The position numbers and the translations under genes were made by a program. Below are positions 56,001 to 64,000 of a DNA stretch of 64,000 nt, piece after piece. Origin of the DNA: Leptogorgia sarmentosa. Taxonomy: Eukaryota. The stretch is from contig OZ210885.1 of assembly GCA_964658305.1 (NCBI GenBank), positions 14,756,001 through 14,820,000 on the forward strand. The letters are read 5' to 3'. The notes under the pieces were generated by a model. That model searched no databases, was not told the origin of the DNA, and was given only the letters and a program-made list of their open reading frames with translations. The stretch's first letter is position 1, and each line of letters opens with the position of its first letter.

Positions 56001-58200
56001 AAGTTGAAATTGAAAGCAAACCTATTTACAAACACACATACAATAAAATGAAGCAAGTCTACAACACAAAGTATTCCCAGGTAGTCACCCATCCAAGTAC
56101 TAACTTTGCCCACCTAGGCTTAACTTCGGTGATCAGACGAGAACCGGAATTTTCCTACTCGTACGGTCGTAGACATTTGTTGATGGAAGTTACACTTTTT
56201 AAACGTGTAACAATAACAAAACCCTGAAGTTGAAATTGAAAGGAATTATATTTACAAATAGGCATTAAATAACATTTAGTAAAACAACAATACAAAGTAT
56301 TTCCAGATGTAGCAATAACAAAATCCCTGAAGTTTACATTGAAAGCAAACCTATTTACAAACACACATACAATAAAATGAAGCAAGTCTACAACACAAAG
56401 TATTCCCAGGTGGTCACCCATCCAAGTACTAACGTTGCCCACCTAGACTTAACTTTGGTGATCAGACGAGAACCGGTATTTTCCTACTCGTACGGTCGTA
56501 GACATTTGTTGATGGAAGTTACACTTTTTAAACGTGTAACAATAACAAAACCCTGAAGTTGAAATTGAAAGCAAACCTATTTACAAACACACATACAATA
56601 AAATGAAGCAAGTCTACAACACAAAGTATTCCCAGGTAGTCACCCATCCAAGTACTAACTTTGCCCACCTAGGCTTAACTTCGGTGATCAGACGAGAACC
56701 GGTATTTTCCTACCGGTATGGTCGTAGACATTTGTTGATGGAAGTTACACTTTTTAAACGTGTAACAATAACAAAACCCTGAAGTTGAAATTGAAAGCAA
56801 ACCTATTTACAAACACACATACAATAAAATGAAGCAAGTCTACAACACAAAGTATTCTCAGGTGGTCACCCATCCAACTACTAACTTTGCCCACCTAGGC
56901 TTAACTTCGGTGATCAGACGAGAACCGGTATTTTCCTACTCGTATGGTCGTAAACATTTGTTGATGGAAGTTACACTTTTTAAACGTGTAACAATAACAA
57001 AACCCCGAAGTTGAAATTGAAAGCAAACCTATTTACAAACACACATACAATAAAATGAAGCAAGTCTACAACACAAAGTATTCCCAGGTGGTCACCCATC
57101 CAACTACTAACTTTGCCCACCTAGGCTTAACTTCGGTGATCAGACGAGAACCGGTATTTTGCTACTCGTACGGTCGTAGACATTTGTTGATGGAAGTTAC
57201 ACTTTTTAAACGTGTAACAATAACAAAACCCTGAAGTTGAAATTGAAAGGAATTATATTTACAAATAGGCATTAAATAACATTTAGTAAAACAACAATAC
57301 AAAGTATTTCCAGATGTAGCAATAACAAAATCCCTGAAGTTTACATTGAAAGCAAACCTATTTACAAACACACATACAATAAAATGAAGCAAGTCTACAA
57401 CACAAAGTATTCCCAGGTGGTCACCCAACCAAGTACTAACGTTGCCCACCCAGGCTTAACTTCGGTGATCAGACGAGAACCGGTATTTTCCTACTTGTAT
57501 GGTTGTAGACATTTGTTGATGGAAGTTACACTTTTTAAACGTGTAACAATAACAAAACCCTGAAGTTGAAATTGAAAGCAAACCTATTTACAAACACACA
57601 TACAATAAAATGAAGCAAGTCTACAACACAAAGTATTCCCAGGTGGTCACCCATCCAACTACTAACTGTGCCCACCTAGGGTTAACTTCGGTGATCAGAC
57701 GAGAACCGGTATTTTCCTACTTGTACGGTCATAGACATTTGTTGATGGAAGTTACACTTTTTAAACGTGTAACAATAAGAAAACCCTGAAGTTGAAATTG
57801 AAAGGAATTATATTTACAAATAGGCATTAAATAACATTTAGTAAAACAACAATACAAAGTATATCCAGATGTAGCAATAACAAAATCCCTGAAGTTTACA
57901 TTGAAAGCAAACCTATTTACAAACACACATACAATAAAATGAAGCAAGTCTACAACACAAAGTATTCCCAGGTGGTCACCCATCCAAGTACTAACGTTGC
58001 CCACCTAGGCTTAACTTCGGTGATCAGACGAGAACCGGTATTTTCCTACTGGTATGGTTGTAGACAATTGTTGATGAAAGTTACACTTTTTAAACGTGTA
58101 ACAATAACAAAACCCTGAAGTTGAAATTGAAAGCAAACCTATTTACAAACACACATACAATAAAATGAAGCAAGTCTACAACACAAAGTATTCCCAGGTA
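53100..58200. repeat. Higher-order repeat, 2 x 2569 bp (10-mer); boundaries approximate
   Basis: Four ORF pairs are offset by 2569 = 3x329 + 7x226. Private variants cctagactt, tttgctac and cacccagg recur. Confidence 0.88.
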
Positions 58201-61200
58201 GTCACCCATCCAAGTACTAACTTTGCCCACCTAGGCTTAACTTCAGTGATCAGACGAGAACCGGTATTTTCCTAGTGGTATGGTCGTAGACATTTGTTGA
58301 TGGAAGTTACACTTTTTAAACGTGTAACAATAACAAAACCCTGAAGTTGAAATTGAAAGCAAACCTATTTACAAACACACATACAATAAAATGAAGCAAG
58401 TCTACAACACAAAGTATTCCCAGGTGGTCACCCATCCAAATACTAACGTTGCCCACCTAGGCTTAACTTCGGTGATCAGACGAGAACCGGTATTTTCCTA
58501 CTCGTACGGTCGTAGACATTTGTTGATGGAAGTTACACTTTTTAAACGTGTAACAATAACAAAACCCTGAAGTTGAAATTGAAAGGAATTATATTTACAA
58601 ATAGGCATTAAATAACATTTAGTAAAACAACAATACAAAGTATTTCCAGATGTAGCAATAACAAAATCCCTGAAGTTTACATTGAAAGCAAACCTATTTA
58701 CAAACACACATACAATAAAATGAGGCAAGTCTACAACACAAAGTATTCCCAGGTGGTCACCCATCCAAGTACTAACGTTGCCCACCTAGGCTTAACTTTA
58801 GTGATCAGACGAGAACCGGTATTTTCCTACTCGTACGGTCGTAGACATTTGTTGATGGAAGTTACACTTTTTAAACGTGTAACAATAACAAAACCCTGAA
58901 GTTGAAATTGAAAGCAAACCTATTTACAAACACACATACAATAAAATGAAGCAAGTCTACAACACAAAGTATTCCCAGGTAGTCACCCATCCAAGTACTA
59001 ACTTTGCCCACCTAGGCTTAACTTCGGTGATCAGACGAGAACCGGTATTTTCCTACTGGTATGGTCGTAGACATTTGTTGATGGAAGTTACACTTTTTAA
59101 ACGTGTAACAATAACAAAACCCTGAAGTTGAAATTGAAAGCAAACCTATTTACAAACACACATACAATAAAATGAAGCAAGTCTACAACACAAAGTATTC
59201 CCAGGTAGTCACCCATCCAAGTACTAACTTTGCCCACCTAGGCTTAACTTCGGTGATCAGACGAGAACCGGTATTTTCCTACTCGTACGGTCGTAGACAT
59301 TTGTTGATGGAAGTTACACTTTTTAAACGTGTAACAATAACAAAACCCTGAAGTTGAAATTGAAAGGAATGATATTTACAAATAGGCATTAAATAACATT
59401 TAGCAAAACAACAATACAAAGTATTTCCAGATGTAGCAATAACAAAATCCCTGAAGTTTACATTGAAAGCAAACCTATTTACAAACACACATACAATAAA
59501 ATGAAGCAAGTCTACAACACAAAGTATTCCCAGGCAGTCACCCATCCAACTACTAACTGTGCCCACCTAGGGTTAACTTCGGTGATCAGACGAGAACCGG
59601 TACTTTCCTACTGGTATCGTCGTAGACATTTGTTGATGGAAGTAACACTTTTTAAACATGTAACAATAACAAAACCCTGAATTTGAAATTGAAAGCAAAC
59701 CTATTTACAAACACACATACAATAAAATGAAGCAAGTCTACAACACAAAGTATTCCCAGGTGGTCACCCATCCAACTACTAACTGTGCCCACCTAGGGTT
59801 AACTTCGGTGATCAGACGAGAACCGGTATTTTCCTACTTGTATGGTTGTAGACATTTGTTGATGGAAGTTACACTTTTTAAACGTGTAACAATAACAAAA
59901 CCCTGAAGTTGAAATTGAAAGCAAACCTATTTACAAACACACATACAATAAAATGAAGCAAGTCTACAACACAAAGTATTCCCAGGTGGTCACCCATCCA
60001 ACTACTGACTGTGCCCACCTAGGGTTAACTTCGGTGATCAGACGAGAACCGGTATTTTCCTACTTGTACGGTCATAGACATTTGTTGATGGAAGTTACAC
60101 TTTTTAAACGTGTAACAATAAGAAAACCCTGAAGTTGAAATTGAAAGGAATTATATTTACAAATAGGCATTAAATAACATTTAGTAAAACAACAATACAA
60201 AGTATATCCAGATGTAGCAATAACAAAATCCCTGAAGTTTACATTGAAAGCAAACCTATTTACAAACACACATACAATAAAATGAAGCAAGTCTACAACA
60301 CAAAGTATTCCCAGGTGGTCACCCATCCAAGTACTAACGTTGCCCACCTAGGCTTAACTTCGGTGATCAGACGAGAACCGGTATTTTCCTACTGGTATGG
60401 TTGTAGACAATTGTTGATGAAAGTTACACTTTTTAAACGTGTAACAATAACAAAACCCTGAAGTTGAAATTGAAAGCAAACCTATTTACAAACACACATA
60501 CAATAAAATGAAGCAAGTCTACAACACAAAGTATTCCCAGGTAGTCACCCATCCAAGTACTAACTTTGCCCACCTAGGCTTAACTTCAGTGATCAGACGA
60601 GAACCGGTATTTTCCTAGTGGTATGGTCGTAGACATTTGTTGATGGAAGTTACACTTTTTAAACGTGTAACAATAACAAAACCCTGAAGTTGAAATTTAA
60701 AGCAAACCTATTTACAAACACACATACAATAAAATGAAGCAAGTCTACAACACAAAGTATTCCCAGGTGGTCACCCATCCAAATACTAACGTTGCCCACC
60801 TAGGCTTAACTTCGGTGATCAGACGAGAACCGGTATTTTCCTACTCGTACGGTCGTAGACATTTGTTGATGGAAGTTACACTTTTTAAACGTGTAACAAT
60901 AACAAAACTCTGAAGTTGAAATTGAAAGGAATTATATTTACAAATAGGCATTAAATAACATTTAGTAAAACAACAATACAAAGTATTTCCAGATGTAGCA
61001 ATAACAAAATCCCTGAAGTTTACATTGAAAGCAAACCTATTTACAAACACACATACAATAAAATGAAGCAAGTCTACAACACAAAGTATTCCCAGGTAGT
61101 CACCCATCCAAGTACTAACTTTGCCCACCTAGGCTTAACTTCGGTGATCAGACGAGAACCGGTATTTTCCTACTGGTATGGTCGTAGACATTTGTTGATG

Positions 61201-63864
61201 GAAGTTACACTTTTTAAACGTGTAACAATAACAAAACCCTGAAGTTGAAATTGAAAGCAAACCTATTTACAAACACACATACAATAAAATGAAGCAAGTC
61301 TACAACACAAAGTATTCCCAGGTAGTCACCCATCCAAGTACTAACTTTGCCCACCTAGGCTTAACTTCGGTGATCAGACGAGAACCGGTATTTTCCTACT
61401 CGTACGGTCGTAGACATTTGTTGATGGAAGTTACACTTTTTAAACGTGTAACAATAACAAAACCCTGAAGTTGAAATTGAAAGGAATGATATTTACAAAT
61501 AGGCATTAAATAACATTTAGCAAAACAACAATACAAAGTATTTCCAGATGTAGCAATAACAAAATCCCTGAAGTTTACATTGAAAGCAAACCTATTTACA
61601 AACACACATACAATAAAATGAAGCAAGTCTACAACACAAAGTATTCCCAGGCAGTCACCCATCCAACTACTAACTGTGCCCACCTAGGGTTAACTTCGGT
61701 GATCAGACGAGAACCGGTACTTTCCTACTGGTATCGTCGTAGACATTTGTTGATGGAAGTAACACTTTTTAAACATGTAACAATAACAAAACCCTGAATT
61801 TGAAATTGAAAGCAAACCTATTTACAAACACACATACAATAAAATGAAGCAAGTCTACAACACAAAGTATTCCCAGGTGGTCACCCATCCAACTACTAAC
61901 TGTGCCCACCTAGGGTTAACTTCGGTGATCAGACGAGAACCGGTATTTTCCTACTTGTACGGTCATAGACATTTGTTGATGGAAGTTACACTTTTTAAAC
62001 ATGTAACAATAACAAAACCCTGAAGTTGAAATTGAAAGGAATGATATTTACAAATAGGCATTAAATAACATTTAGCAAAACAACAATACAAAGTATTTCC
62101 AGATGTAGCAATAACAAAATCCCTGAAGTTTACATTGAAAGCAAACCTATTTACAAACACACATACAATAAAATGAAGCAAGTCTACAACACAAAGTATT
62201 CCTAGGTGGTCACCCATCCAAGTACTAACTTTGCCCACCTAGGCTTAACTTCGGTGATCAGACGAGAACCGGTATTTTCCTAGTGGTATGGTCGTAGCCA
62301 TTTGTTGATGGAAGTTACACTTTTTAAACATGTAACAATAACAAAACCCTGAAGTTGAAATTGAAAGCAAACCTATTTACAAACACACATACAATAAAAT
62401 GAAGCAAGTCTACAACACAAAGTATTCCCAGGTGGTCACCCATCCAAGTACTAACTTTGCCCACCTAGGCTTAACTTCGGTGATCAGACGAGAACTGGTA
62501 TTTTCCTACTGGTATGGTCGTAGACATTTGTTGATGCAAGTTACACTTTTCAAATTTGTAACAATAACAAAACCCTGAAGTTGAAATTGAAAGCAAACCT
62601 ATTTACAAACACACATACAATAAAATGAAGCAAGTCTACAACACAAAGTATTCCCAGGTAGTCACCCATCCAAGTACTAACTTTGCCCACCTAGGCTTAA
62701 CTTCGGTGATCAGACGAGAACCGTTATTTTCCTACTGGTATGGTCGTAGACATTTGTTCATGGAAGTTACACTTTTTAAACGTGTAACAATAACAAAACC
62801 CTGAAGTTGAAATTGAAAGCAAACCTATTTACAAACACACATACAATAAAATGAAGCAAGTCTACAACACAAAGTATTCCCAGGTGGTCACCCATCCAAG
62901 TACTAACGTTGCCCACCTAGGCTTAACTTCGGTGATCAGACGAGAACCGGTATTTTCCTACTCGTACGGTCGTAGACATTTGTTGATGGAAGTTACACTT
63001 TTTAAACGTGTAACAATAACAAAACCCTGAAGTTGAAATTGAAAGGAATTATATTTACAAATAGGCATTAAATAACATTTAGTAAAACAACAATACAAAG
63101 TATTTCCAGATGTAGCAATAACAAAATCCCTGAAGTTTACATTGAAAGCAAACCTATTTACAAACACACATACAATAAAATGAAGCAAGTCTACAACACA
63201 AAGTATTCCCAGGTGGTCACCCATCCAAGTACTAACGTTGCCCACCTAGGCTTAACTTTGGTGATCAGACGAGAACCGGTATTTTCCTACTCGTACGGTC
63301 GTAGACATTTGTTGATGGAAGTTATACTTTTTAAACGTGTAACAATAACAAAACCCTGAAGTTGAAATTGAAAGCAAACCTATTTACAAACACACATACA
63401 ATAAAATGAAGCAAGTCTACAACACAAAGTATTCCCAGGTAGTCACCCATCCAAGTACTAACTTTGCCCACCTAGGCTTAACTTCGGTGATCAGACGAGA
63501 ACCGGTATTTTCCTACTGGTATGGTCGTAGACATTTGTTGATGGAAGTTACACTTTTTAAACGTGTAACAATAACAAAACCCTGAAGTTGAAATTGAAAG
63601 CAAACCTATTTACAAACACACATACAATAAAATGAAGCAAGTCTACAACACAAAGTATTCTCAGGTGGTCACCCATCCAACTACTAACTTTGCCCACCTA
63701 GGCTTAACTTCGGTGATCAGACGAGAACCGGTATTTTCCTACTCGTATGGTCGTAAACATTTGTTGATGGAAGTTACACTTTTTAAACGTGTAACAATAA
63801 CAAAACCCCGAAGTTGAAATTGAAAGCAAACCTATTTACAAACACACATACAATAAAATGAAGC

Positions 63865-63984
63865 AAGTCTACAACACAAAGTATTCCCAGGTGGTCACCC
63901 ATCCAACTACTAACTTTGCCCACCTAGGCTTAACTTCGGTGATCAGACGAGAACCGGTATTTTCCTACTCGTACGGTCGTAGAC
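63865..63984 (-). rRNA. 5S rRNA: 5S rRNA gene copy, last complete copy in the window (A11G/C15G/C78G variant)
   Basis: Full-length 120-nt copy bounded by aagtctac and gtagac on the plus strand. Confidence 0.9.
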
Positions 63985-64000
63985 ATTTGTGGATGGAAGT

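Larger units (their letters stand above)
1..64000 (-). repeat. Tandem 5S rDNA array, about 250 head-to-tail units of 226 bp or 329 bp, running off both window ends
   Basis: Identical motifs recur every 226 bp (gene 3' ends at 48 and 274) or 329 bp (ORFs at 11914/12243 and 41318/41647). 71 minus-strand ORFs mark long-spacer units; the remaining length divided by 226 gives about 180 short units. No inversion or foreign insertion seen. Confidence 0.98.

Noticed and set aside
1272..63245. About 71 near-identical 80-127 aa minus-strand ORFs (MGKVSTWMGDHLG...)
   Set aside because: They start inside one 5S copy at a GTG codon, cross the long spacer and end in the next 5S copy. Stop positions and frameshifts vary with allele and there is no recognisable protein family. 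They were useful only as markers.
3027..63817. Plus-strand 61-74 aa ORFs (MKQVYNTKYSQVVTHP...)
   Set aside because: These are antisense translations of 5S rDNA and pass the length cutoff only when a spacer variant removes a stop or adds length.
1..64000. CRISPR-like or variable-cassette array
   Set aside because: The spacers are not unique; they fall into two near-invariant classes. The repeat is eukaryotic 5S and no cas or other genes are present.
1..64000. Species or phylum assignment
   Set aside because: The motifs point to an invertebrate animal 5S, but the sequence is divergent and I cannot assign it without a database search.
1..64000. Transposon insertion into 5S genes
   Set aside because: No break in periodicity, target-site-flanked insert or foreign sequence was seen in the window.

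Overview
The whole 64 kb is one uninterrupted head-to-tail tandem array of eukaryotic (invertebrate-type) 5S rRNA genes or gene-like copies, all on the minus strand, about 250 units by my estimate. There are two unit types: 226 bp (120-nt 5S + 106-bp spacer, about 180 copies) and 329 bp (120-nt 5S + 209-bp spacer, about 71 copies). I see no credible protein-coding gene; every ORF in the track is an artefact of the repeat. Three things stand out. (1) The extra 103 bp of the long spacer is a decayed repeat unit that lost 124 bp between two GTG microhomologies and keeps only a 5S 3'-end relic. (2) The units are arranged in multi-kb higher-order repeats (9-, 10-, 12-, 16- and 18-mers) whose allele content changes along the array. 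(3) The 5S copies are unusually heterogeneous: the majority allele has a helix II mismatch, and many common alleles carry non-compensated changes in helices and in the Pol III internal promoter. This suggests an array drifting from rDNA towards a 5S-derived satellite. That interpretation is inference. Counts and alignments were done by eye and with the ORF track, not computed.
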